Assembly (NCBI RefSeq): GCF_006345805.1
Contig: NC_042997.1
Span: 80,538,001 to 80,602,000, forward strand
From: Octopus sinensis
Lineage: Eukaryota
Direction of reading: 5' to 3'
Length of the DNA stretch: 64,000 nt
Below, one piece after another: positions 24,518-37,987 of this stretch. The translations under genes were made by a program, and so were the position numbers. Below the pieces are notes generated by a model. It had not been told where the DNA came from, did not search any database, and worked only from the letters and a program-made list of their open reading frames with translations. How positions within the stretch are numbered: the stretch's first letter is position 1; every line of letters starts with the position of its first letter.

Positions 24518-27085
24518 CTCCAGGCTGCTGGAGTTCTGCGATGCAAATGATTTTATGGTTTGCAATACTAACTTCATGAAACCTGCTAGACACCTATTCA
24601 CCTACTGATCTGGTAGACACACTAGCCAAACTGACTATATCCTTCCCAGAAAAACCTTCCCAGGCAAAGAATGTACTCCACAACATGGACTAGTAGTTAG
24701 CGACTTCAGGATCAGGGTTAAATGGATGCCCAGAAGACAACCAGCATGGGGAGAAGGGTCTGGAAGCTTAACGATCCTGCGAATGGATAGAAATTTAGAG
24801 ATGTATTACTCAGAGCTTTTGACGAAATAGAGGGGGATGTGGAAGACAACTGGAGGTTTCTACGGGACAACCTGCTGAGGGCCACTGACTAGATCTGTGG
24901 ATGGTGCAAAGTCCCCTCTTGACCCAAGGTAACGTGGTGGTGGAACAATATTGTTGACAGGGCTATTAGACAAAAGAAACAGGCTTGGAAGGACTGGAAG
25001 AACGGTGGTAGCAGGAAAGTGTATCAGACTGCCAGAAGGGAAGCTAGGAGACAGGTTAATTTAGCTAGAGGGGAAGCAGATAAGAAAAAAATTTGCCAAT
25101 GTTCTGTGCCGTGAGGACGAAAGACTCGAGGTATTTCATGTTGCAGGACAGTGTGTGAGAGAGAATCGTGATATCGTAGGAGAATAATGTGTCTGCACAG
25201 ATGATGGCTCACTTGCATTAAACGAGGCTGCAAAGAGAGAGGTTTGGAGACGCCACTATGAAAGGTTGCTAAATAAAGAGAATGAATGGGAGAAAGAGAG
25301 TCTGCCGAATGCTGACCCAACAGAGGGACCAGCTATCCGAATTGACAGTACCTTGGTAGATAAAGCAATTAAGGGTATGAAGACAGGGAAAGCCCCTGGC
25401 CCATCAGGAATCACCGCAGAGATGCTCAAAATATCTGGGGGTGTCGCCTATATCCTAGTCACACGTATAGTTAACCAAGTGATACATGAAGGAGTCATAC
25501 CCAATGACTGGTGTAGCAGCACCATAGTCAACTGCTACAAAGGTAAAGGTGATGCTTTAAATACAAATAATTACAGAGGTATCAAGTTGTTGGATCAGGT
25601 AATGAAGGTCACAGAGAGGGTCATAGCCCAACTGATTAGGGACAGTCAGTCTAGATGAGTTTCAGTTAGGGTTTGTGTCAAGGAAAAGCATCACTGATGC
25701 TATATTTCTGGTAAAGGAGCTGCAGGAGAAATACCTAGCCAAAGATAAACCTCTGTACCTGGCTTTCGTTGACATGGAGAAAACCTTTGACAGGGTCCCC
25801 GATCCCTTATCTGGTGGTCAATGACGAAACTAAGGATAGATGAATGGTTAGTGAGAGCTGTGCAAGCCATGTAGAATGATGCTGTCAGTAAAGTGAGGGT
25901 TGGCAACAAGTACAGTGAAGAACTCTGGGTAGGGGTTGGGTCTACCAAGGATCAGTCCTCAGCCTCCTCTTATTCATCATAGTCCTCCAGGCAATAACAG
26001 AGGAATTCAAGACAGGATGCTCCTGGGAGCTCCTCTATGCTGATGACCTTGCTCTAATTGCTGAGTCACTATCAGAACTAGAGGAAAAGTTTCAGGTGTG
26101 GAAAGGGCCTTAGAGTCAACTTAATAAGTAGGAAGGCAGACAAACCACAAATCCCTTCAGGTAGATGGCCCAGCTCAATCTGTAGAAGAGGCATAGGTAG
26201 AAACTCCATAAGATGTACCCACTGTAAGCTATAGACACATAAGAAGTGCAGCAATATCAAAGGAAGGTTAACTGGGAAGATAGTTTTTGTATGTGGCAAA
26301 TGCTCAGGTGCTATAAACACTGAAAATGTGCAGAGAACAGCTTCTGTCACATTCCAGGGAGAAAAACTACAAGTAGTTGATAGCTTCCGTTACTTAGGGG
26401 ACCAATTCAGTAGCAGAGGTGGATACTCTGAAAGTGAATTTGCTAGAATAAGAATAGCCTGGACAAAGTTCAGAGAGTTCCTACCTCTGCTGGTGACAAA
26501 GGACCTCTCGCTCAGAGTAAAAGGTAGACTGTATGATGCATGTGTACGAACAGCCATGTTACATGGCAGTAAGACATGTGACTGCTGAGGACATGCATAA
26601 ACTTGCAAGGAATGAAGTCAGTATGCTCCGCTGGATGTGTAATGTCAGTGTGCATACACGACAGAGTGTAAGCGCCCTGAGAGAAAAGTTCGATTTAAGA
26701 AACATCAGATGTGGTGTGCAAGAGAGCCGACTGTACTGGTATGGTCATATGTTGTGAATGAACAAGGACAGCTGTGTGAAAAAGTGTCACACCCTAGCAG
26801 TTGAACCTGTGGAAGACATAGACCAGGAAAACCTGGGAACATACCCAAGGCAGTGACGAGTGACCAAGATCTTTGGAGATATGCTGTGCTTGAGGAGACC
26901 CGACAAGCCAAGTGGGACCATAGCCCATGGCCTATGCCATTAGACAATAAACTTTGCTTGCGAACAGCTATTGAGACAAGTGAAATCAAATCAAAATCGC
27001 TGATGTGGCTAATGACAGTACCGCCTGATTGGCACTTGTGCCAGTGGAACATTAAAAGCACATCCAAGCATGATCGTTCCTCATT
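24518..27085 (+). mobile_element. RTE-clade LINE, decayed (APE C-terminus, RT, C-terminal domain, partial 3' UTR)
   Basis: RLLEFCDANDFMVCNTNF...TDYI (APE), KAPGPSGITAEML, NYRGIKLL, ELLYADDL (YADD at 26036-26047), FRYLG. Multiple stops and frameshifts. Confidence 0.92.
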
Positions 27086-28310
27086 CACTACACCAGCAGT
27101 GTGCTTTGAAGTAGCATGTCTAAGTTGTTCATGCAGAATACATGCTCACTCAAAAGTGACGACCTCCTCCTTAATCTGCTTCCTCCATCTGTGGCGATAA
27201 CAGGCATTGCTCTCCCAGTCATGTAAGGGTCCTCGAATGCTTTCATCAGAGATGTCTCAGACACATTTTGAATGTTGGCTGAACCTTGAAAACTCCAGAC
27301 ACACAGGTCCTGAGGACAGCTAATATCTTGAGTATTAAGTATTTGAATTCAAAACTTATGAAAAGAAGATATTTGTACTCAGTGCCTGAGCCAGTTTCAG
27401 CCAGGTTTGTAACGAAGGGTTTAAAATATATCTTGAGTACTGAATTTGCAAACTCCTTATCAATGGTCTACAGATGTCCTCTTTCTTGTGCATATATTTA
27501 CATATGTATGTAATGTGTGCATTTTGCCTGCGTCGTTGTATGTGCATACATTTTGCAGTCCTGTCAGTATTTGTTGATTTGCACCTGCTCTAGTTTTATC
27601 ATCAAACCTCTTCCCCCACACTACTTCTCAACATGGACTACTACACTTTTTGCCCCCTAAGAGTTCAGCCCTAACACTGCTGACCAACACTTTTCTCTCT
27701 TTTATTAATCCACTGCTCTGACCACAACTGCCAACACATTCTCACTCCCTCTACCTCACTAGAGCTGATCTTGGTATTGCATTTATACCCCGCTTTGTCT
27801 TTTGACCCTTAACATTATTGCCTTGCCATTCCTTGTTTCTCCTACTTACTGATTTGACCACTCCTCTGAACACCTTACTTCTTTCCATACCACTCAAACC
27901 TCCTCTCATACAACTCACATGAACAAATGCTAACTTTTCCCCCACCCTAAATCTCTTGACATCAACACTTCAACATTGTTTCTTCACTTATTCAGATTTT
28001 GCATCTTGCATTATGACCTTTATTTTATCTTTCTTTCTGACATGTGTCAGAAAAATTAGACATCTTTTTTGTTTCAAAATTTATTCCACTCTGAACTATT
28101 CGTATTACTTTTTACTATTGTAATTTATTTGGACTATACTTTTTGCTATAATGGTAATGTACAATGCTAGTACAACAAGGTAGTACAGCATAATGTTGTT
28201 GTTGTTGTTTAGCTTCAAGTTGGCACCAACTAAGTAGACTATGACAATTCTACCATTTTCAGATGTATTGTATCTCAGATTATTTTATCTAAAATTTACT
28301 TCCTTCTTAA

Positions 28311-28522
28311 CCCTTTAGCATTCAGACTACTCTATCAAATGTAATGTGTATTTATTCACATTGTTTTGAATTAGACATGCATTATCTCATAGCTTTGAGA
28401 TTGTGATTGTTTATTTTTATGAAGACACTGTAAGGTATGTGTGAGATGTTGGACCTGGTCAGTTTGAACATAAAACAGGTAAAATATTTTGGCTGGATAT
28501 AGTCGATTTAAATGCTAAAGAG
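28311..28522 (-). mobile_element. TTAA MITE, same family, opposite orientation
   Basis: TTAA|CCCTTTAGCATT ... AATGCTAAAGAG|TTAG. Body is the reverse complement of 10426-10648. Confidence 0.75.
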
Positions 28523-31500
28523 TTAGAGTAGCAAGGCATGGTTTGAAGAGATTTGGCTACTTTTCCTAATCTGTTAAACGATAACTTTGAGGCCTTGGAG
28601 CATCAAACAAAATGTCTGATGATATTCACTGACAAAGCCTTAAGTACTGAGTTGAAATTCTACCAATGTTGACTTTGAATATTGTTGTTTAGGGCTTAGT
28701 AAAATAAACACCAAATACTGCATTGATTTAATCAAGCTTCCCTCAAAATGTGTGGTCTTATTGTAGCATATGACAATAATATTACATGGAATGGCAAAAC
28801 TGTTAGATGGACAAAATGTCTTGCTGTATTTGTTCTGGCTCTTTACTTTGTGAGTTCAAATCCTTCAATTTAGCCTTTCAGTGAAGTTCTAGATACTATT
28901 TAATTCCTGAAAGTTGCCTTTCAGTCAGGTTCTAGAGATCATTTAATCCCTGAAAGTTCAGACCTTTGCCTATGATGGCAATACATGCTATATGATATTA
29001 ATTGATAGTAATAAATGCAGAAAGAATGTAATGAGAATGATTTATAAATCTGAAATAGCTCAGTACATTCTTAAAAATTAACAATGTAATTTTCTCAGCA
29101 CAGCTGCAGAAACTTGTTTTGTAAAAATCTAAGGGAAAAAAATTAGTATGGTAAAAAAAAAAAAAAAAAAAAAAGAAAAAACAGAGGGAAGTTAAACTTT
29201 AGAAGGAAATTAAATAAACAGAAAGAAGCAGTAATGTTGATTTACAGAATCATGAAACATTAGATCAAATCAAAGAAGACACCATGATAGTATTTTTGAA
29301 AATTTTCAATCATTATTTGTAGAAATATCAAATTACTCAGTAATGATCTGTTTGAATCAAAGGTTTGAAAAGACCAAGAAATATACCATAAATTGAATCA
29401 TCTTAAAATACAGTAACATCACATAAACACATTATTTAACAGAAGTTTCAAGTACTAGGATGAAAATTGATGTTTTTTTCTGAATAACAAGAGAATTTTC
29501 TCATCATACAAGATTTACATGTTTACAACACATGTATAATGTTTGTACGGCAATGAAATGTAGATAACGAATATAAAAGACATAAAATCTAGAAAATGAG
29601 GACATTAGTATGATCAGGTGGTTGTAAATGTGAATTTACAAGACAATACACTGGTATGGGTTGAGTAAAGCAAGCAGATATCAAAGACACTGAACAGTAC
29701 TAGCATGTAAAATTATTGCATTGATTTAGATATGTAATGATAACAAACAACATGAGACAATACTTTAAGCTGGTTGATGGTGGCTGGTTCAGAGGGAAAA
29801 TATAAAATTCAAAAAGAAAACTGGTCTTCGGTCCTAAAGAACTACCAAAAATCAGGGGGAAAAAACGAAACAAAACCCAGCAAATCTATTAAACTAATAA
29901 TAACCAACATGGAAGCAAAACTGATTGGAGCTAGCTAGCAGTTTAAACTTTAAGCAGTGCTCTCAAAAGATTAATGTTTCTTAGCACCAGGTGGTTAGTT
30001 TATATAAAGTAGACTTATGACCAAAGGGCTTCCAATCATACTATCCCTTCTTTCTCTTTTTTTTTTTAGTGCAGTGCATTTTGGATAGCATTATCCAATC
30101 TACCTTTTATGATTTTTTCTTAATAGAGTAGGATCCAATTTCAAAAGTTTTGGTTGACATTTCTTTTGTGTCAAATGTTTGCATAAAGTCTCCTTTACTG
30201 GCTTAAGAGATTTATTTTAATTACATGAGAGAAATTCAATTTCCTGTTAATAATGCTATATTTTACATACAGTTTAAACTGCAGGACTTTCTATTCATCA
30301 GCTACAGATGGGACATCAATGATTTTAGCAGCTTGTCACAGCATCATGCCTTTCATTGGTAGCTTTGTGGCTACCACCAAATGGCCAGGTTCTATTGACC
30401 AACACTCTAGAACATTTTCTTCTCTTCCATAATCCATGAGCCCCACCACAACAAAACAGATGTAGATGTAGTCACTCCAACCATGTAGCAACTATTTTAT
30501 TTTACTACCTTCAAATGATTTGTTTTCTGCCCTCAGCTTCCGTCATTCTAATATTTCTACCACATCTATGATGAAGCATTCTCTTCTTCCTTTTCTAGTT
30601 CACAAATTGTTTCTCTGCTCTCCTTCCTAAGTCTGATAACAACCAGAGAACAGTGTGGATCATACATACCTACATCATCTCACCTCTGGAAGCACCTTAC
30701 ACTGTCACTCTCACATCTCAGATGATTATTTAAGTCTTTCCTGTCCCCACACCATTCTTTCCTCTTAAGTCACCATCAACACAATGAAGACATTTTCTGT
30801 CAAGACAGATCATAACCATAAGCTCTAGGCTTTGCTTCATTATTACAATATCGATAAATACTTTATGACAAACTATACTTTCAAGTCAACTTTCCATGGG
30901 ACAGAGAAAGAGGACACAATCTAATGAATATTTTTTTTATATATCAGATTTGGCAAAATATGTATATGGGAAACGCTTAGATATATTCTTTTGATTAAAA
31001 AGAAAAAGAGCTAAATAATTCATGTCAATTTACATATTGAATGTTTATGTTATGTCCATTTGGCTTCAATCCTGCCTAGAGACCTCACAAAGGAAATGTT
31101 GCTTACTGAACAGATAATATAAAGAACAATAGTGTGGGAAATTTACAAGAAAGTATCACATGATCTAAAACGTATAAACTTATTTCTATATCTAGATTTA
31201 GTATGTAAGTATATAAACAGACATGATCAATAATAGCTAATAAATATATTCAAAGTAATATCAACAGTTATTACCCACTCTGACAAACTAGAGATAAAAT
31301 TACACAGAGATACTTAGCATCATGTGCTTAAGGAAAGAAAAAGGCCAAATAGAAAAATATAAATAGAAGTAAAAACAAAATAAATAAACTAGATTAATAT
31401 TGATTCCATTAGATCAAGACCTCCCATTTTCATATTGGAATATAATTGTCATAGAGTATGAGTAACATCTCAGCAAGACAGATTGTTACGTATGTATGTG

Positions 31501-31564
31501 TGTATGTATGTATGCATATATATGTATATATATATATATATATGTATGTATATATATATATATA

Positions 31565-32642
31565 TCATCATCATCATCATCATCATCATTTAGCGTCCGT
31601 TTTCCATGCTAGCATGGGTTGGACGGTTCAACTGGGGTCTGGGGAGCCCGAAGGCTGCACCAGGCCAGTCAGATCTGGCAGTGTTTCTACAGCTGGATGC
31701 CCTTCCTAACGCCAACCACTCCGAGAGTGTAGTGGGTGATTTTATGTGCCACCGACACAGGTGCCAGACGAGGCTGGCGAACGGCCACGCTCGGATGGTG
31801 TTTTTATGTGCCACCGACACAGGTGCCAGACGAGGCTGGCAGACGGCCACGTTCGGATGGTGTTTTTATGTGCCACCGACACAGGTGCCAGATGAGGCTG
31901 GCGGACGGCCACGATCGGATGGTGTTTGTTACGTCCCCAAAGCACGGAGGCCAGTCTATGCGGTACTGGCTACGGCCACGTTAGGATGATTTTCTTGTGT
32001 GCCACCGGCACTGGTACCACAAAGATACAAATTCCATTGATGTTCATCTATTTTGATTTGTTTTGATTTGATTTCACTTGCCTCAACAGGTCTTCACAAG
32101 TGTCACAAGAAGGAAGGTATGCACAGGTGGACTGACTACGTCCCAGGTAGGGGCCACGGGTTATGGCCTGACTAGTCTTGCCGGGTCTTCGGATGGTGTT
32201 TTTATGTGCCACCGACACAGATGCCAGATGAGGCTGGCGAACGGCCACGATCGGATGGTGTTTGTTACGTGCCCACAGCACGGAGGCCAGTCGATGCGGT
32301 ACTGGCTACGGCCACGTTCGGATGGTTTTCTTGTGTGCCACCGGCACTGGTACCACAAAGATACAAATTCCATTGATGTTCATCTATTTTGATTTGATTT
32401 GATTTGATTTCACTTGCCTCAACAGGTCTTCACAGGTCTTCACAAGTGTCACAGGAAGGAAGGAAGGAAGGTATGCACAGGGGACTGACTACGTCCCAAG
32501 TAGGGGCCACGGGTTATGGCCTGACTAGTCTTGCCGGGTCTTCGGTTGGTGTTTTTATGTGCCACCGACACAGGTGCCAGATGAGGCTGGCGAACGGCCA
32601 CGATCGGATGGTGTTTGTTATGTGCCCACGTCACAGAGGCCA
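31565..32642 (-). mobile_element. RTE-family 3' UTR and (TGA)n tail, copy A
   Basis: Homologous in reverse to about 51660-52295. Contains ~63-bp subrepeats and a duplicated block. The tail abuts (TA)n. Confidence 0.9.
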
Positions 32643-34805
32643 GGAATTCGGAATCAAGAGTGAGGCAGGTTACTAGCTTAAGTATGCATAGCCATGTCGA
32701 GGAGTAGGAAGAGGAGTCCAGACAGACAATGTAAAAAGAGGGGGAGAGAAACCCCGCGAAGAACCGGCAGCCAATTTCTAATCAGCCCTGTAAGGGAGAT
32801 AGATCTTAAATATCTATAACGATAACTAGTGAATTATACAGAATATGCAAAAACGAGGCGAGGCTGAAATAGTAAACAGAGTGGCGACTAGGGGGATCAG
32901 AATAATAATAATTAATAAATAATAATAATAAATAGAGATACGGATGAATTAAAGTTCAAAGATTTCTTATCTTGGGATCACTTCGTTTACGGACAGACTT
33001 GGCAAAAGGAATTCGGAATCAAGAGTGAGGCAGGTTACTAGCTTAAGTATGCATAGCCATGTCGAGGAGTAGGAAGAGGAGTCCAGACAGACAATGTAAA
33101 AAGAGGAGGAGAGAAACCCCGCAAAGAACCGGTAGCCAATTTCTAATCAGCCCTGTAAGGGAGATAGATCTTAAATATCTATAATGATAACTAGTGAATT
33201 ATACAGAATATGCAAAAACGAGGCGAGGCTGAAATAGTAAACAGAGTGGCGACTAGGGGGATCAGAATAATAATAATTAATAAATAATAATAATAAATAG
33301 AGATACGGATGAATTAAAGTTCAAAGATTTCTTATCTTGGGATCACTTCGTTTACGGACAGACTTGGCAAAAGGAATTCGGAATCAGAGTGAGGCAGGTT
33401 ACTAGCTTAAGTATGCATAGCCATTTCGAGGAGTAGGAAGAGGAGTCCAGACAGACAATGTAAAAAGAGGGGGAGAGAAACCCCGCGAAGAACCGGCAGC
33501 CAATTTCTAATCAGCCCTGTAAGGGAGATAGATCTTAAATATCTATAACGATAACTAGTGAATTATACAGAATATGCAAAAACGAGGCGAGGCTGAAATA
33601 GTAAACAGAGTGGCGACTAGGGGGATCAGAATAATAATAATTAATAAATAATAATAATAAATAGAGATACGGATGAATTAAAGTTCAAAGATTTCTTATC
33701 TTGGGATCACTTCGTTTACGGACAGACTTGGCAAAAGGAATTCGGAATCAAGAGTGAGGCAGGTTACTAGCTTAAGTATGCATAGCCATGTCGAGGAGTA
33801 GGAAGAGGAGTCCAGACAGACAATGTAAAAAGAGGGGGAGAGAAACCCCGCGAAGAACCGGCAGCCAATTTCTAATCAGCCCTGTAAGGGAGATAGATCT
33901 TAAATATCTATAACGATAACTAGTGAATTATACAGAATATGCAAAAACGAGGCGAGGCTGAAATAGTAAACAGAGTGGCGACTAGGGGGATCAGAATAAT
34001 AATAATTAATAAATAATAATAATAAATAGAGATACGGATGAATTAAAGTTCAAAGATTTCTTATCTTGGGATCACTTCGTTTACGGACAAACTTGGCAAA
34101 AGGAATTCGGAATCAAGAGTGAGGCAGGATACAGCTTAAGTATGCATAGCCATGTCGAGGAGTAGGAAGAGAGTCCAGACAGACAATGTAAAAAGAGGGG
34201 GAGAGAAACCCCGCGAAGAACCGGCAGCCAATTTCTAATCAGCCCTGTAAGTGAGATAGATCTTAAATATCTATAACGATAACTAGTGAATTATACAGAA
34301 TATGCAAAAACGAGGCGAGGCTGAAATAGTAAACAGAGTGGCGACTAGGGGGATCAGAATATAATAATTAATAAATAATAATAATAAATAGAAATACGGA
34401 TGAATTAAAGTTCAAAGATTTCTTATCTTGGGATCACTTCGTTTACGGACAGACTTGGCAAAAGGAATTCGGAATCAAGAGTGAGGCAGGTTACTAGCTT
34501 AAGTATGCATACCCATGTCGAGGAGTAGGAAGAGGAGTCCAGACAGACAATGTAAGAAGAGGGGGAGAGAAACCCCGCGAAGAACCGGCAGCCAATTTCT
34601 AATCAGCCCTGTAAGGGAGATAGATCTTAAATATCTATAACGATAACTAGTGAATTATACAGAATATGCAAAAACGAGGCGAGGCTGAAATAGTAAACAG
34701 AGTGGCGACTAGGGGGATCAGAATAATAATAATAAATAGAGATACGGATGAATTAAATTTCAAAGATTTTCTTATCTTGGGATCACTTCGTTTACGGACA
34801 GACTT
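32643..34805. repeat. Tandem array of ~365-bp unit, 6 units
   Basis: GGAATTC starts at 32643, 33008, 33373, 33737, 34102 and 34464. Units are near-identical. Confidence 0.97.
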
Positions 34806-35539
34806 CATCATCATCATCATCATCATTTAGCGTCCGTTTTCCATGCTAGCATGGGTTGGACGTTCAACTGGGGTCTGGGGAGCCCGAAGGCTGCACCAGG
34901 CCAGTCAGATCTGGCAGTGTTTCTACAGCTGGATGCCCTTCCTAACGCCAACCACTCCGAGAGTGTAGTGGGTGATTTTATGTGCCACCGACACAGGTGC
35001 CAGACGAGGCTGGCGAACGGCCACGCTCGGATGGTGTTTTTATGTGCCACCGACACAGGTGCCAGACGAGGCTGGCAGACGGCCACGTTCGGATGGTGTT
35101 TTTATGTGCCACCGACACAGGTGCCAGATGAGGCTGGCGGACGGCCACGATCGGATGGTGTTTGTTACGTGCCCACAGCACGGAGGCCAGTCGATGCGGT
35201 ACTGGCTACGGCCATGTTCGGATGGTTTTCTTGTGTGCCACCGGCACTGGTACCACAAAGATACAAATTCCATTGATGTTCATCTATTTTGATTTGATTT
35301 GATTTGATTTTCACTTGCCTCAACAGGTCTTCACAGGTCTTCACAAGTGTCACAGGAAGGAAGGAAGGTATGCACAGGGGACTGACTACGTCCCAAGTAG
35401 GGGCCACGGGTTATGGCCTGACTAGTCTTGCCGGGTCTTCGGTTGGTGTTTTTATGTGCCACCGACACAGGTGCCAGATGAGGCTGGCGAACGGCCACAA
35501 TCGGATGGTGTTTGTTATGTGCCCACGTCACAGAGGCCA
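34806..35539 (-). mobile_element. RTE-family 3' UTR and tail, copy B (lacks the duplicated block)
   Basis: Same sequence as copy A with one block instead of two. Confidence 0.9.
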
Positions 35540-36976
35540 GGAATTCGGAATCAAGAGTGAGGCAGGTTACTAGCTTAAGTATGCATAGCCATGTCGAGGA
35601 GTAGGAAGAGGAGTCCAGACAGACAATGTAAAAAGAGGGGGAGAGAAACCCCGCGAAGAACCGGCAGCCAATTTCTAATCAGCCCTGTAAGGGAGATAGA
35701 TCTTAAATATCTATAACGATAACTAGTGAATTATACAGAATATGCAAAAACGAGGCGAGGCTGAAATAGTAAACAGAGTGGCGACTAGGGGGATCAGAAT
35801 AATAATAATTAATAAATAATAATAATAAATAGAGATACGGATGAATTAAAGTTCAAAGATTTCTTATCTTGGGATCACTTCGTTTACGGACAGACTTGGC
35901 AAAAGGAATTCGGAATCAAGAGTGAGGCAGGTTACTAGCTTAAGTATGCATAGCCATGTCGAGGAGTAGGAAGAGGAGTCCAGACAGACAATGTAAAAAG
36001 AGGGGGAGAGAAACCCCGCGAAGAACCGGCAGCCAATTTCTAATCAGCCCTGTAAGGGAGATAGATCTTAAATATCTATAACGATAACTAGTGAATTATA
36101 CAGATTATGCAAAAACGAGGCGAGGCTGAAATAGTAAACAGAGTGGCGACTAGGGGGATCAGAATAATAATAATTAATAAATAATAATAATAAATAGAGA
36201 TACGGATGAATTAAAGTTCAAAGATTTCTTATCTTGGGATCACTTCGTTTACGGACAAACTTGGCAAAAGGAATTCGGAATCAAGAGTGAGGCAGGTTAC
36301 AAGCTTAAGTATGCATAGCCATGACGAGGAGTAGGAAGAGGAGTCCAGACAGACAATGTAAAAAGAGGGGGAGAGAAACCCCGCGAAGAACCGGCAGCCA
36401 ATTTCTAATCAGCCCTGTAAGTGAGATAGATCTTAAATATCTATAACGATAACTAGTGAATTATACAGAATATGCAAAAACGAGGCGAGGCTGAAATAGT
36501 AAACAGAGTGGCGACTAGGGGGATCAGAATAATAATAATTAATAAATAATAATAATAAATAGAAATACGGATGAATTAAAGTTCAAAGATTTCTTATCTT
36601 GGGATCACTTCGTTTACGGACAGACTTGGCAAAAGGAATTCGGAATCAAGAGTGAGGCAGGTTACTAGCTTAAGTATGCATACCCATGTCGAGGAGTAGG
36701 AAGAGGAGTCCAGACAGACAATGTAAAAAGAGGGGGAGAGAAACCCCGCGAAGAACCTGCAGCCAATTTCTAATCAGCCCTGTAAGGGAGATAGATCTTA
36801 AATATCTATAACGATAACTAGTGAATTATACAGAATATGCAAAAACGAGGCGAGGCTGAAATAGTAAACAGAGTGGCGACTAGGGGGATCAGAATAATAA
36901 TAATAAATAGAGATACGGATGAATTAAATTTCAAAGATTTTCTTATCTTGGGATCACTTCGTTTACGGACAGACTT
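35540..36976. repeat. Tandem array of ~365-bp unit, 4 units
   Basis: Starts at 35540, 35905, 36270 and 36635. The last three units share diagnostic variants with the last three of the first array. Confidence 0.97.
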
Positions 36977-37987
36977 CATCATCATCATCATCATCATCAT
37001 TTAGCGTCCGTTTTCCATGCTAGCATGGGTTGGACGGTTCAACTGGGGTCTGGGGAGCCCGAAGGCTGCACCAGGCCAGTCAGATCTGGCAGTGTTTCTA
37101 CAGCTGGATGCCCTTCCTAACGCCAACCACTCCGAGAGTGTAGTGGGTGATTTTATGTGCCACCGACACAGGTGCCAGACGAGGCTGGCGAACGGCCACG
37201 CTCGGATGGTGTTTTTATGTGCCACCGACACAGGTGCCAGATGAGGCTGGCGGACGGCCACGATCGGATGGTGTTTGTTACGTCCCCAAAGCACGGAGGC
37301 CAGTCTATGCGGTACTGGCTACGGCCACGTTAGGATGATTTTCTTGTGTGCCACCGGCACTGGTACCACAAAGATACAAATTCCATTGATGTTCATCTAT
37401 TTTGATTTGTTTTGATTTGATTTCACTTGCCTCAACAGGTCTTCACAAGTGTCACAAGAAGGAAGGTATGCACAGGTGGACTGACTACGTCCCAGGTAGG
37501 GGCCACGGGTTATGGCCTGACTAGTCTTGCCGGGTCTTCGGATGGTGTTTTTATGTGCCACCGACACAGGTGCCAGATGAGGCTGGCGAACGGCCACGAT
37601 CGGATGGTGTTTGTTACGTGCCCACAGCACGGAGGCCAGTCGATGCGGTACTGGCTACGGCCATGTTCGGATGGTTTTCTTGTGTGCCACCGGCACTGGT
37701 ACCACAAAGATACAAATTCCATTGATGTTCATCTATTTTGATTTGATTTGATTTGATTTCACTTGCCTCAACAGGTCTTCACAGGTCTTCACAAGTGTCA
37801 CAGGAAGGAAGGAAGGTATGCACAGGGGACTGACTACGTCCCAAGTAGGGGCCACGGGTTATGGCCTGACTAGTCTTGCCGGGTCTTCGGTTGGTGTTTT
37901 TATGTGCCACCGACACAGGTGCCAGATGAGGCTGGCGAACGGCCACAATCGGATGGTGTTTGTTATGTGCCCACGTCACAGAGGCCA
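36977..37987 (-). mobile_element. RTE-family 3' UTR and tail, copy C
   Basis: As copy A but with one fewer 63-bp subrepeat. Confidence 0.9.

Noticed and set aside
31740-31925. Regular GC-rich repeats superficially like a CRISPR array
   Set aside because: No unique spacers; these are whole-unit tandem duplications within an RTE 3' UTR in eukaryotic DNA.
33000-33020. TGGCAAAAGGAATTCGGA as a tRNA primer-binding site
   Set aside because: The complement ends in CCA, but the spacing to a T-loop-like motif is too short for a tRNA 3' end.
32643-36976. 365-bp units as a hammerhead retrozyme array
   Set aside because: The size fits, but I found no CUGANGA or UUGANAA core with a matching GAAA on either strand (only CUGAUUA and CUGAUCC), and no convincing twister or HDV-like fold by eye.
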